Made by a program: the position numbers and the translations under genes
Part shown: piece after piece, positions 1-12,617 of the stretch
How the letters are laid out: each line of letters begins with the position of its first letter
Numbering within the stretch: the first letter of the stretch is position 1
Assembly (NCBI RefSeq): GCF_009834535.1
Contig: NC_045698.1
Location: 15,192,001 to 15,256,000, forward strand
Origin: Camelus ferus
Taxonomy: Eukaryota
Direction of reading: 5' to 3'
Length of the DNA stretch: 64,000 bases
Notes under the pieces: generated by a model
What the model was told of the DNA's origin: nothing
Seen by the model: only the letters and a program-made list of their open reading frames with translations
Database searches by the model: none

Positions 1-659
1 TCTCTTTAACTGTAATGAAAAACAAAGGCATAAACTTTAAGATACCACCTTATTTTCCTTTCTGCCCTTAAAACACTCATTAGTATAAAAAGGGTACTAT
101 TTACAAAAATCAATTTCCCTGTATTTCATGATTAAATTACCTTCTACTCTTGCTAGCCATTTGCTAAGCATGCAAAATTAAGAAAACAGAAGAGTAATAT
201 GAGATGGAGAACTCAAAACAAATTAACTTTATATTAACTAAGAAACTGTAATATCTAATGACAGAAACCACTACTCAATGACACTTAACAAAAGGAAATT
301 ATGCTTAAAAAATAGGAATATTCATAGAAACACATATGTATTCTTTATGTTGTTATGAAACGATTAAATTGAGAATTTGATAACTTATTGATTAAAATAT
401 ACTATGTTTTCCATTTCTTTGTTTCAAGGTTCCCTCCAGCTATAAGCCTTATAATTAAAACCTTGTTTTCCATGCCAATTTGCCACTTTTTGGCCAAAAG
501 TGTATGTCCCTATTTTTTAACAGATTTTTCTGCTTGGTTTTTATAGATACATGTTAGAAGGAAGAAGAAATTTTTTGAAAAGTCGAGATTGAGAACCATC
601 TGAGGGATTTATACATAGAGTTTTTACCAATGATCTAGCATTCAAAACTGTAAACCCAG

Positions 660-960
660 CTTTTTAAATCTTAACTGAAAGCTCCCTACTCATAAGGTAC
701 TTTATAATATGTTGAGTTAAATTCCATTCACTATCATAAGATAAATTGATTAAGTTAAGATGTGTATTGTAATTCCTAGATAAAATGCAGATTAAAAAAA
801 AAAACAGCACAAGATAAAACAACAACAAAAAACCCGAGCTATAAATAATAAGACAATAGTGGAGATTAAATAGAATTATACAGATAATTAATACAAATGC
901 AGAAAGGAAAAGAATAGAACAAAAATCAGGTGGGAAAAAAGAAAATCGCATATTGGATCA
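660..960 (+). mobile_element. Ancient L1 (L1M-type) fragment, probably inter-ORF region
   Basis: A-rich sequence with motifs typical of old L1M elements ('taagttaagatgtgtattgtaattcctaga', 'aatagtggagattaaatagaat'); boundaries approximate. Confidence 0.45.
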
Positions 961-2324
961 TAGATTAAACATTTTATAAATATCTCTCAAAAAGACGTTA
1001 ATTTTCCTAAATTGTTTTTGGCCTTAAAACATCCATTAAGTGTTAGTTTTCTGGCTTTTGTTGTTTTTCATAAATACAGTTCTAAAAATAGAAGCATTTA
1101 GATCAATATGCTAGGGCCTTTGTGGTCACATTTTAATTGCTTGCCATAGTTAATTTCTTTACTCCCTACTCTCTGAAATCTTGGCTTCATATTAAAGTAA
1201 TGAATCTAATGATTGAAACAAAGCAAGTTTTAAGTAGAAATTTGTTTTAATTTCAGATTTTTCTATTGTATGACGATAAAGTAATTTTTGGAAAATTATG
1301 TTTCAAAAATGTCTTTTCAGTCCTAATTCCTGATTGAAACTATGGTAAAGGAGAAATTCTCTTGTTGTGTTCTTGTGAACACAATGATGGACATTCCATT
1401 TTCCTTAGGTAGCTAATTCATACTACTGTAATTCAAGAATATAATCTAATGCAGCATACGTACATGAAAGCAGTCCATGAAATATATGGTGTGCAGAGAC
1501 AGACAGAAACTCCTACAAGACATGGATTTATTTAGACTACTGCTTGATGCTTAAAACTCTCCATCAAAGTTATAACACTTGTATAGTCTCCATTTGGCCC
1601 AGATAATTCGCCAAATAGAGACTAAGTGTTGTAGTGAGTTTGAAGGTTTTTTTTTTTTCCCCTGAACTACACAAGATTGAGCATCCCTTCCTCTCCCTTA
1701 ATCTGAGATTTTGAGAGATCACTATAGAATCCTCACTGGGGAGAGAGAATCTACATGGTGAAAACCCACCTAGATGGATCTTCCCTAACCCCCTAAATGT
1801 CAGGCCTTATAGCGAATAAGCCAGGAGCTGACCTCATGAGGCAGTAATGAAAGGCCTTGTTCAACTTCTGTAGCCTGTAATAAGCACGTTGTGAGGGAAG
1901 CACGCTTGGGGAAACAGGAAGTCCACGTTGATCTTTATCAAACATAAACCTTGGGCTCCATCCTTGCCTATAATGAGACAAAGCTGGGAAAGGAAAATGC
2001 TCAACACAACTTATAATTTTCACTTCATGGTTTTGTATAATGTAATATGCTTCATGTTCCAATAAATGCATAATTTAATACATATCACATTAAAATGTAT
2101 GTAAAATTATACATTGAGCATTCACTTTAATATAACATTCTTTACAAAAATCATTGTCATTACATTTTAGTTATTATAAAATTGTATTTGGCTGTGACTA
2201 GTGCTATAATGTGGAATGTTATCATATTATACTTCTAGGGACAAATATTTTTCCTGCAAATGAATTAGAATGAATATACATAAAATAATAAGACTTTTTT
2301 TTTTCCATTAGAAGTTACAGCAGT

Positions 2325-2380
2325 TCGTGCCTCACAACACCAGATAACTCCTCGTGCCTCACAACTCCTCAGCTAACTCC
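2325..2380. repeat. Imperfect tandem duplication of a 27-29 bp unit
   Basis: tcgtgcctcacaac...aactcc occurs at 2325-2351 and again at 2352-2380. Confidence 0.85.
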
Positions 2381-2679
2381 TGAGTTTTTCCTAATGTCAA
2401 GTAACTGGCAGGGAGTGAGACTTGGAAATATTTTTCAAGCTGAATCTCTTTTATGTGTTGGAGTAGAACCAAACAACAGTTATTCTTTTTTATGATTATG
2501 TTTTTGTGTCCAAATGAAGTATTTGCTTTAATTTTGTTACAAAATTGGCAGCATTTAGTTGAAGGAAACAAATGAGCAAAAAAAAAGGATTTTAATGGCT
2601 TAAAAACAAAACGGGGCCACATTGCCTATAACAATTATCATGTCAGAAGGTGCTTTTGCAGAGAAATTCAGTCACCATT

Positions 2680-3140
2680 TCCTGATCAGTAAAAAAAGAA
2701 GACCTCTAATGTTTAGCTGGACATATGATCACCTGGAATAAATACTGTATTTCCAATCCTTTCTTGAGGACTAAGCATGACGCATGGGACTAGTTTTCAG
2801 CCATGAAGGGAAGCAGAAGTGATGTGAGTAACTTCTGTGTTTTAAAGGGAAAGATGCATCCTGTTCCTCTGCTCTTCTCTTTGGAAAAGTAGCTGGGATG
2901 GCTGGATCTGGAGCAGTCATGCGAGAATGTGAAAAGCAGCAGCATTTGGGGGATGGCAAAGCAGGTGGTAAAAAAATAAAAGTCTGGGTGTCCAATGATC
3001 ATGGAGACTTCATATCTCACCTGGGCTGTTTGCACAACCCTGAGAAGAAAAAAATAAGAAAAAACCCAAACCTGTCTATATCGCTGAAATGAATTCTCAG
3101 CCTTGCTTGTCCATGAGAATCATTAGGGGGATTAACTCCA
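2680..3140 (+). mobile_element. MaLR LTR, MLT1J/K-like, degenerate
   Basis: 'catgggactagttttcagccatgaagggaagcagaagtgatgtgagtaacttctg' and the downstream layout resemble old MLT1 LTRs. Confidence 0.6.
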
Positions 3141-3325
3141 CTCTGTCAACTCTAATGCAAGCGTAGCTACCTGTTCTATCCAGAGACCACATCCTGCTCC
3201 TAGGTCATCCTGCCCTCCCCATCTTCATAGGTGCTGTTGAATTTACCCTCTGATTTTCTGCAACCAGGAGGGACTGTGGCAGTATTTTCCCCCAAGCTGA
3301 CTTCTGTGCTGCAGAAACTTGCTTT

Positions 3326-3439
3326 AGAAAAAACAAAAGAAAGAGCGAAAGAACGAAAGAACAAAAGAACGAAAGAAAGAAAGAGAACGGAAGAGAAAGG
3401 AAGGAAGGAAGGAAGGGAGGGAGGGAGGGAGGAAGGGAA
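3326..3439. repeat. Compound purine microsatellite (GAAA)n/(GGAA)n/(GGGA)n
   Basis: Directly visible, almost pure purine tract. Confidence 0.95.
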
Positions 3440-3629
3440 TATAATACGTGTTTTAGTCTCCAAATTAAATTCTTTCACAGTCACCATATTTTAGAGATTC
3501 TGATTTAGTTCATAGAGGGTAGGTCCTGGGTACCAGTGTGCTCCCTTCTCAGCCAGATGGAGATTGCTAAAATTAGGTGTTTAGTTACACAGAGCTGAAC
3601 ATAACTGATTATTAGCTTTGATGTCAGTA

Positions 3630-3830
3630 AAAATGGAATTCCAAAGCATATTTTACTAATAGTATGATTTGGGACAAGATAGTAATCTTTGAGTCATAGC
3701 TTTCTCATCAGAAATCAGAGATCTTAGTAGTAATTTAAGGTCTTTTTGTGAAGTTTATATTATTGAATTAAGCATTTTATAAACTTACATGGTGCTGGGA
3801 AGCTCTTCAGCCCTTAACAAGTGGTACTTG
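3630..3830 (+). mobile_element. MIR SINE, degenerate
   Basis: MIR core-like 'tgatttgggacaagatagtaatctttgagtcatagctttctcatcagaaa'. Confidence 0.55.
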
Positions 3831-5177
3831 TGTGTGAATTCCGTCTTTAGTATAAGAAAAACTTAAGACACTTTTGATTTTCTTATTTTTCATATTATTT
3901 TGATGGGAACAAGTTAGCTATCATTTTATTTAAATGGCAACATATGCTAATTTAAAACTTATAGGGCTCATAACAATTATAATTTATTTCAAAAATACAT
4001 TGACAATATTATCATTTGATGCAAAATTATGATATTATATTTATAGGCAATGCACAGGTTTTAATCCTCCAGAATAAACACTCATAAACTCTTAGCTATT
4101 GGATTTTTTTTTTTCACTTTGCAAGATTTTCAGATAACAAAGTATCAGAAGCCAAAGCACCCATGTAGCATGAATATGAATAGAAAACATCTTTCCTGAA
4201 CAAGTACAGGCTTTATAATTTAATTGTGTTTACATTGATGAGTGCACAAAAAGAAAAATCAATTTGTGGGAGTTTATTTCATCAGTATTGAAATTGTATC
4301 TTCCCTGTTAAGCTTGGCACAAAGTACCTAGTTTGTCTTTTAAGTTCATTAAATTATTCTTTTTCTGTATTCTGGGGTGTTATGTATGTAGTTTCATATG
4401 GACTTACTAGCTGAATGTTCAAAATTGCTTTTCCAAACTACAGAATATTAACTTCCAATATTTACCAAAAACTTCATTTATTATAAAGTCACAATAAAAG
4501 GGCATAAAATGAATATAAATATCCCATTTATTCAAGGTTCTTCTGGAATCATTCTGAAAGTATTAAAAGAATAGGTTGAAAACATGGATTTATAACATTG
4601 GTTATTTTATCTTCCAATTTAATAATACTATTAAAGCTTATTCAGTATGCTTTCTGAAATAAGTAAAGATGTACTTTTACCTTAATTGTATTGCAGGGAA
4701 TCTGGAAAGAAAGAGAACATTTTCAGTGCACTCCCTCAAACAAAATACTGTCTACATCCCTCCAAATCAATCAATCAATCATCAATCAAGAGAGCTGCCA
4801 TGCATTCTCTCTCTGTCTCACAAATGCTTCCACTTTGAACTTGCTTGTTCCCTGAGAGCTTTGGAGGAAGCTCTTCAGGCTCCCCGTGCCTTGCACATCA
4901 GGATCCAGAGGTGACATCTTGTTTGATCCCTGTGCTTTTGGAAGGTTTTATTTCTCCAGCCAGGAGTAAAATCATCTATTCTCTGAGGCACATGTAAGCA
5001 ACTGCTCTCCTGGATCATGACCTTTATTAGTCAAATTAATAGCAACAAGTTTATAGACATTTTTTTCTGATCCCACCTCTGAAGTCCCAAGCCCTGTAGT
5101 TTCACCACATGATTTTTATAACCCATGCAACCCTATCTTCCCTCCACCTGAGCCCGCCTCTCTCTGGATCACCCCTT

Positions 5178-5675
5178 TTATTAGTTATCTGTTACTGCTT
5201 AACTTATTACACCAACATTTACTGGATTAAAACAACGAGCATTCATTATTTCATAGTTTCTCTAAGTCAAGAATCCTAGCAAGGATTAATGTGGGCTACT
5301 AGATCAAGGTCTCTATAAGGCTGCTGTCATGAAGTTGACTGGGGCTGCCAGCATCTGAAGGCACAAGTGATCCACTTCCAAACCCATTTGTGTGGCAGTT
5401 GGTAGGCTTTAACTCTTGGCTGCTGTCCTCTGGTGACATTGACTCCTTGCCATGTGGGGTGTTCCACTGGGTGTCTCTCAACGTCACAGCTGGCTTGCCT
5501 TAGAGAGCGAGCTCCCAAGACGGAAGTTATGGTCTTTGTGCAACCTGATCCCGGAAGTGACATCCCATCTCTTCCACATTAGTCTTTTTGAGAGAAGTAA
5601 ATTCACAAATTTAGGCAAGTTCAAGGGTAAATACCAGGACATAGGGATCAAAGGGGGCAATTTTAGAAGCCTACT
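5178..5675 (-). mobile_element. MaLR LTR (MLT1 family)
   Basis: Starts 'tattagttatctgttactgc...ttaaaacaac...cattcattatttcatagtttct', the reverse complement of an MLT1 3' end; ends near 'ttttagaagcctact'. Confidence 0.75.
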
Positions 5676-5847
5676 CAGTTCCTGGAATAATAAATTACAA
5701 AACCTGCTGTTCCTCTGAAGTCACTAAATCAAGCACACCGATCTTTTCCCAGTCTCCTCTCTGTTCAGCGTGTGTTAACAGTTCACCTGCACCTGCTCTC
5801 CTGCCTCGCTGTCTCCCAGTCTAGTCTCACCTCCATCTTCTCCCTTT

Positions 5848-5895
5848 CCGTTAGTGCCCTCTTGTGGGCCGTTAGTGCCCTCTTGTGGGCCGTTA
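5848..5895. repeat. Perfect 21-bp tandem duplication (2 copies plus a 6-bp partial)
   Basis: ccgttagtgccctcttgtggg at 5848-5868 and 5869-5889, then ccgtta at 5890-5895. Confidence 0.97.
5852..5888 (-). promoter_or_regulatory. Two tandem CTCF core-motif matches
   Basis: Each repeat unit reads CCACAAGAGGGCACTA on the minus strand, close to the CTCF consensus CCASYAGRKGGCRS(TA); motif match only, binding not shown. Confidence 0.6.
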
Positions 5896-5974
5896 CTCCC
5901 TTTGAGCATAAAATGCCCATGGCTTTTCTTAACTATTACTTTGTGTTATCATTACCTGGACTGACTTTTAACTG

Positions 5975-6110
5975 TCCAGCTCCCAAACCCCAACTGAGAT
6001 AAATTGAACCAGCATTTCTGGGACTAGAAACTGGGCATTCATATTTTTTAACAATTTCTCTTATGATTTTAATACACAGCCATATTTGGGAAACAATAGC
6101 ATAGTAGGGT
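5975..6110. mobile_element. MER5A-like hAT-Charlie DNA transposon fragment
   Basis: 'aattgaaccagcatttctgggactagaaactgggcattcatattttttaacaatttctcttatgatttt' follows the MER5A pattern. Confidence 0.6.
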
Positions 6111-6149
6111 CTATGATTGAATAATTTAAAACATCCTGCTGACAGTAAC

Positions 6150-6362
6150 CTAAAACTGGGATTGGCCCACTGCCCTGCTTGGGCCAACTCTGACCCACCA
6201 TCTATCTTTTAAATAAAGGTTTATTGGAACATGGCCACATTTACATATCACCTATGTCTGCTTTTGGACTGTAAGATCAGAAATGAGTACTTGCTAAAGT
6301 AGGGTTCACAAATTTGAAATATTTACAATATGATACTTTACTTAAAAAATGTACTGATCTCA
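6150..6362. mobile_element. MER58A-like DNA transposon
   Basis: 'ttttaaataaaggtttattggaacatggccacattt...gaaatatttacaatatg' is characteristic of MER58. Confidence 0.7.
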
Positions 6363-8329
6363 AGTGTTGCCCCTTTCATGTCATTTTTTTTTTCCACCAG
6401 CATATTGCCAACCTCTTTCCTGAATGAGCTCTACTGGTTGCTTTCTACATATTCCTAACTCCTGAACACTGCTAAAATAATGCATACAGACTGGTAATAT
6501 CTTAAGACAATCATCATCATTACATGTAAAATATGTAAGTATCCAAGCTATTATTTCCTTCTTTTTGATGTTTATTATTTTTAAATATGATACAGCACAT
6601 TCATAACTCCTTCCACAATTATTACTCGAATTCAAAATTAAAACATTTTTTAATAAATTAACAATAATGTTAAAAAATATCCTAACACTTACCAAGGCCA
6701 TATGTAGTTTGTAATTCATATACATAAATAACATGTTTTATGGAAATTAATTCTAATATGGCATGAATATTTATATAAGTAGACTCCATATAGGCCTATG
6801 TGCAACTTCTACTTACTATCTTTACAACTTCGTTTTGATTGCTTTCAAAGATTATATAAAATCTAATTATGTAAAGTAACAGTCAGTTATTAAAACTCCT
6901 CAGAAATTGTCTTGATGGTTCACTTATTTCATTCATAAAGTTTACCAAAAAGCCTATATGTGATCAGTTCTGCTCTAACGCAGTATCAATGTTCCTGAAA
7001 ATAATTCTGCCCTGCAAAATTGTGCAATAAAAAACACAGGGCTCATGGCAAGAATGATAAAACTCACAAACTTTGTCAGTGGCCCTGAAAAAAAATGAAA
7101 CACTAATAAGTATGGTAGCATAGTTTCATACACGGTAAATGGTTCACACATTGAATATGGCAATTTACCTTTAAAAATACCTGAAATTTGCTTGTTGAAG
7201 TAGATATTGGAGGGGTTACAGCCTGTGAGTTATTATGAAGTAGTGAAAGGAGAGTTCTCTGCAACTGGGAGAAAATTTGTCACACCTAAGGTGGGTGGAC
7301 GTGGCTCATGACAAGTATCTAGTTAGATGAGGTAGCTGCTAGATAACTGAAGTGTGTCCCTGTTTGAATTTTGTGTGTTTCTACATGCCCAACTCAGCTG
7401 GGTAAATTTTCCTGCATTTATTTAGTATTTCTTTGGGTCAAAATCTCATACAAACAAACTAAGTTCCATGTTATATCCTAATTATTTCCAATTATAGTCA
7501 TCCTGTTGGAACAAATTCACATTTTCGAACAGGCATTACAATGGAACTACTATAGTTAAAACTTTTTTATTTTGCTTTTGCAATTTAAGTTTATATTTCA
7601 AATTATTTAAAGTGTTATATTAAAATCATATAAAAAATTTCCACCAATCATTTTTAAGGAAATAAATATTTTCAAATTGATTTGGTAGAGCAAATACTGC
7701 ACAGACTAAAGTAACACAGCTTATTTCAATAATTTGCAATAAAAGTGCATCTTTTTCAAAAACACAGAAAAAATGTCAAATACATTTGTAATTGCTAATA
7801 AAGTAGAAGTAAATGTAAGGGAGTTAAGAGATGCTTTGATTTTCCAAAATTAAAAACAAATCACAGATACCTTTTATTTGCCCATCACTTCATTTCTATA
7901 TTGTTTCCAAGAGACTATTTTGGTAGAAACTTCAGGGAATATATACAAAAAGATTTTTTTTTTTTGTCAGTGGTCATTGATCAAATTATTAATGCCATGT
8001 TGTATATAACTAATTAAGTGACTAAATGAGGCTATTTAATAGATTAATGAGATAGGAATGTAAGTTATTACAGTCTATAAAATCGTATCTAAAATTGTAT
8101 TATAAAAGGTGAGTCAGCCAAAAAGTTTTTTCTAATGATAGTTTAAATAGTTTAAAAAAGTAATTTTCCTTTCATTTAGTGAGTCTACATGTCTATTTTT
8201 TGTATTAAACCATTCACTGAAGTCTGTTGTAGTTAATGAAATTTTTGTCAGTTATTACCTGAGGAAAGAAAATTCTTAGTATTGTAAAAGATATCAAGGG
8301 AATAATTGAGCTCAAGTTCTGATTCAGAA

Positions 8330-8900
8330 AAAAAATTGTTGTTTCCATGAACAAACTTTCTTTCCCTTTTGAACTGTATGGCCATGTACAATGGTGCCCT
8401 TCTCACCTTCTAGCAGACCCAAGCTGAGGTGACTTCCTACCTCACAATTATCGTCCCAGTGTCGACAGTGCTCATAGATCCTCAGCCTCACCCAATGCCG
8501 ACACCACTTGCCTACAGGACCAAGGCTGAGCGAGTATCTGTACCACATTAGGCCCACGGCAGATTAATCAGATTCATTCTTTATAGTTTTAATAGTGAAG
8601 CTAAGGAAAAAGGAAGCCCTATCCACGATTTGGTTACAGGTGCGTTTTCCTCCTCTTATTGGAGAAAAAATAAACTTATCTACAGTAAGAGAGAATGATA
8701 TTTCACCCACAGGGAAGCGGACATGAGAAGGGGAGCGTTAGTCATGCTGGAGTCCTGTCCCCAGTAACAGGCCCCAGGACTCTTGAGCTTCCCTGCTTCC
8801 TAGAGAGCTTCCTCTGAGCCTCTGATATCTCCAGTGTCTTCTGAAAGAGTCTTCCTTTAGCCTAAAGGTAGAGTTTGGTTAGAGGTGTTGGCAAATGAAA
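8330..8900 (+). mobile_element. Possible old ERVL-type LTR (LTR16/LTR33-like), degenerate
   Basis: GC-richer block with 'ttaatcagattc' and a 3' end like 'cttcctttagcctaaaggtagagtttggtt'; family uncertain. Confidence 0.35.
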
Positions 8901-9109
8901 GAGCTCAGACTATAAATGCTGCTCTATCAAACCAGTCATGTTCACTTTAATTTTAATGCAGGTGGTATAATGACATAGTAGATCTAATGATTTCAGAAAC
9001 CTAGCGAATAGACCAGAATATGACATAAATTCAAAGTATCCTCTTATAGGTTACTTATGCATTACAAAATAAAATTGTAAATGTATAATATTTGAACCAC
9101 AAATAAAAT

Positions 9110-9550
9110 GTAGCATTGGAGATAATGGGACAATCTGGCATGTGTCTTCTGATGTGGTAAAGATTACATCACTTATGAAACATTCTTGCAAAAATGTTTA
9201 ACCTAAAAGCAACCAAAACTCTCAACTTAACATCCAGTGTGCAAGAAAGTTCGGTAATACAGAGGCAAGCTACTTGACATTAACAAGAACCGACTGAACA
9301 AATTCAGGATGTGGAATATTCTACACAATAGTAACAACTGATTTAAACTCTCCAAAAGTCAATTTTGGTTAAATGGTAGTAATATTGTTACTGATAAAAA
9401 GGCGAAAGATTATCATGACCTAACAACTGAATGTGAAACATGAAATTGATTAGGTACTGGCTTTTAAAAATCTGTAAAGGACAACTTAAAATAACTGGAA
9501 AAGTTGGATATAGAATAGATATTAGATGATATTATAGAATTATTATTACA
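9110..9550 (+). mobile_element. Old L1 (L1MC/ME-type) 3' region
   Basis: 'acatcacttatgaaacattcttgcaaaaatgtttaacctaa' and 'gatattagatgatattatagaattatt'. Confidence 0.6.
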
Positions 9551-10984
9551 AGTACTATGAAGGGGACAGGCAGACAGAGCTGGTAACTTGGCCGCCGAAC
9601 TCAGAAAGAGGAGTCACGTTAGGCTTTTCTGGGAGTATTATTTGAACAACTGTCAGAAAGATCAATAGAACTTAGTTATCTTGTTTAACTTTCAAGGAAT
9701 TTCAAAGAGATACAGATTTAGTTTCAACCTAACCCAGCTTAATCAATGATCTTGCTAAAAATCTATTTCCAAAGAAGTTAACTTTTAGATATCTATGTAA
9801 CTGTGTCCTGAGCACTTGAAACAATGTAATTGATTTGGCAGTCACTTTTATGCTGTATAAGTAGAAAAATCTATTGTGATCAAGGTAATCCTTAGACACT
9901 GAAATTAGCAATATACTAAGAATCATCTTGATAGCTGAGGTCTAAAAAAAAATCAATAAAACGATGTCCACAAAATGACCTCCCTCCCAAAACATGAACA
10001 AAATAAATGTTTGTGTACAGATGAGTCTGAACAAAAGAATAGGAAAAGAAAACTACAATTTTTTTTTTCATTTTAAGTGACCATTTACTACTTGTGTTGA
10101 AAAACATATTGCACCGTCTCTCATCTCCCACTATGTATGATAAAACCTTAAGTGTGTTCACTCAAGTGATGTGTTCTTAGTCACCTGTACAAAAAAGGGC
10201 ACTTGAAAAATCAAACCCTGAGTAATCACTGTCATTGTGTTAATAACTTCAAAGCTCTTTTCAATGCACTCCTGATGGAACATTCTGCAGTCTTCCAGAA
10301 GGGTCTTCAGGTGGTGCTAGTAGGTGGCTCAGTCTCTTCAGAACACGGAGGACTTATTCAGGGAGTGTGTGGTCTACATCTGTCCAGGCTTGACCTCTCC
10401 CGTTGTCTCTGTATTTCTGTATTAACTCCCTTTGTCACATGTGATGTTCAGTGATTCTCTGTCCTTCCCCCTGTGCTGGTCAAAATGTCTATGTTGATTT
10501 AATGGCCTGGCAAGGAGTTACTCCCCACAGTTTGATAAGTCTAATTTAGACACCACATGATGAGAAGAAAAGAGAGTCCAGAACAGAGCGCTGACTGTAC
10601 ATCTGGAGAAAATATTATTTGCAGAAACATTTAAACCCAAAAGAGATAAAAATCATATTTCTGAAAAAGAGCAAGTTACCTATTCTTCCTTGTGTTAAAA
10701 TTCATAAAAATGTTCCTTATATTACTATGAAAAAGTAAAAATATTTCTTTCAATACATAGAATAGCTTTTACACCTAATACTCTAAAACAAAACTGGAAA
10801 TTTCCATCTTCATACAATTATAAGTTAAGTTATTTATGAAAGTCTGCTCTTAGAAGAAAAGTAATAAAAGCAGGAATCTCAAGCTGTAATTTAAAATGAA
10901 AGTTTTAGAGGAGAAAGTGTCAGGAGGAGATTGAAATTCAAGACACACTGTATCAAAACGCAACCACTAGTTCATTAAATATTT

Positions 10985-11920
10985 ATATTCATTCATTAGT
11001 AAATATTCAATGAACACCTTGTGCTACCACCCACTATGCTGGCATCAGACATACAATTGTGGAAAGAAAGAAATCACACTATCTTACTGAAAATAGAGGG
11101 TAAAAAAAAAAAAAAAAAAACAAAAACAGACACAAATCAAATTATTTCTTGTTGTAAAAAATGGTTCACAGAAAACAAAAACTGGCCTCAGAAAACGGAA
11201 TAGCCCACTTAGAATGAATAGAATTAAAAAGGCTTCACTGAGTCAGTGGTATGGAAGTATAATGCTGAATTATGAGAAGGAGTTAAAAAGAGAAGATGGA
11301 GAAAAGACTGAGGAGCAGGTGCAAGTATGAGCATGGGTACAATTCTTGAAATTGGATAAAACTTGAAATATTTGGAAAATTCAGAGCAGTTTGCCTCACC
11401 ATAATGAACTAGTGATTCAAGAAAATTAAGAGATACAAATAGATCAAATTATGCAAGACCTTGGAGACTGAGGTGGAGAGTTGTATTATATTCTAAGTGA
11501 CACGGGGCTCCACTGGATAATTTGAAAAAGGGAAGTGACCAGGCCAAATTTCCACTGTAGGTGGATCTGCAGGATGGAGAATGAGTAAGTGGTGAGAGAG
11601 GTGGAAGCAGAGAGAATATTTTTGAAGATTGATTTTCCTTGGATCACAGTTACCAACCTTCCTCAAGTTTTCCCATGTCAGCAGGGATGGCATTATTCCC
11701 AATCCCCAAAGCCAGGAATCCAAAAATCGTTATTTTCTCCCTCTTGTGAATTAAGCTGATGGTAGCAGACAGAGAAAAGGAGATATGCTGTGTATTAGTT
11801 AGAAGATTAAATCAATAGATCTGAAATGGATAGGATATAGGCCTATGGGAAGTGAAGAATCAAAAGTGGATTCTAAATTTCTAGCTTGAGTAAGTGAGCA
11901 ATTAATAACATTCTCCCTGT
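10985..11920 (-). mobile_element. L2 LINE 3' end and body, degenerate and interrupted
   Basis: 'attcattcattagtaaatattcaatgaacacc' is the reverse complement of the L2 3' terminus, followed by the typical purine-rich L2 antisense body. Confidence 0.7.
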
Positions 11921-12125
11921 GACAAAGTAGATTATCACTAATGCATGTTTTAATAGCCACACAAAACTGTGAATAACTAGAATATAACTTAAAAAAATAA
12001 TAATGACATTGGGTTAATAGGTAGCTTGCCCTTTGAAATACGCGCTAGAAATTTAGCATGTGTGCTATTCAGTAACCCATAAGATATTTACCTCAAATAT
12101 GCTCATTTGGATTCAGAATGTGCCC

Positions 12126-12310
12126 AGAAAAAGAAAAGAAAGGAAAGAAATAAAAGGCAAGACAAGACAAAGAAAATAAAAACAAACAAAACAAACAAAA
12201 ACTCAGAACAGAAAAATAAAAGAAAAGAAGGAAAGAAAGAGAAAGGAAAGGAAAGACAAAATAAGACATGACAAAAATTGGAAGCAAAAAATAAATGGAG
12301 ACAAAAATAA
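12126..12310. repeat. A-rich low-complexity tract with degenerate GAAA/AAAC/GGAAA units
   Basis: Directly visible. Confidence 0.85.
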
Positions 12311-12431
12311 CAGGATATATGATAATTTTAAGGTAATTTTAAATTTCAAAAATATTTATCCTTGACTTGATTCTTTTAATCAAGGAAACCCTAGCAATCT
12401 ATTGGTATAAAAATGATTGCTAAGTTATGAA

Positions 12432-12617
12432 ACAAATAAAATATGGGGATGTAATGTACAGCATAGGGAGGATAGTCAATAATAACTCTGTGTGGTGATA
12501 GATGATAACCGGACTTCTCGTGGTGAGCATTTCGTATTGCATAAAAATACTGAATCCTGATGTTCTATTGCAGAAACTCATATAATATTGCAAATCAATA
12601 ATACTTCAATAATAAAG
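12432..12617 (+). mobile_element. 5'-truncated L1 3' end (laurasiatherian L1MA-like 3' UTR)
   Basis: 'ggggatgtaatgtacagcatagggaggatagtcaataata...gaaactcatataatattgcaaatcaataatacttcaataataaa' resembles an L1 3' UTR with a short A tail. Confidence 0.85.

Noticed and set aside
3200..3494. ORFs of 95 aa (-) and 87 aa (+)
   Set aside because: They stay open only because they cross the stop-free purine microsatellite; the translations are low-complexity.
5848..5895. Direct repeats as a CRISPR-like array
   Set aside because: Only two abutting copies with no spacers, in a mammalian context without cas genes.
6381..6734. Longest ORF in the track (117 aa, minus strand)
   Set aside because: AT-rich composition, no recognisable domain and no clear splice context; consistent with chance.
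12010..12079. Weak inverted repeat tgggtta...taaccca as a possible hairpin or miRNA
   Set aside because: Pairing beyond 7 bp is poor, so it is not a credible precursor stem.
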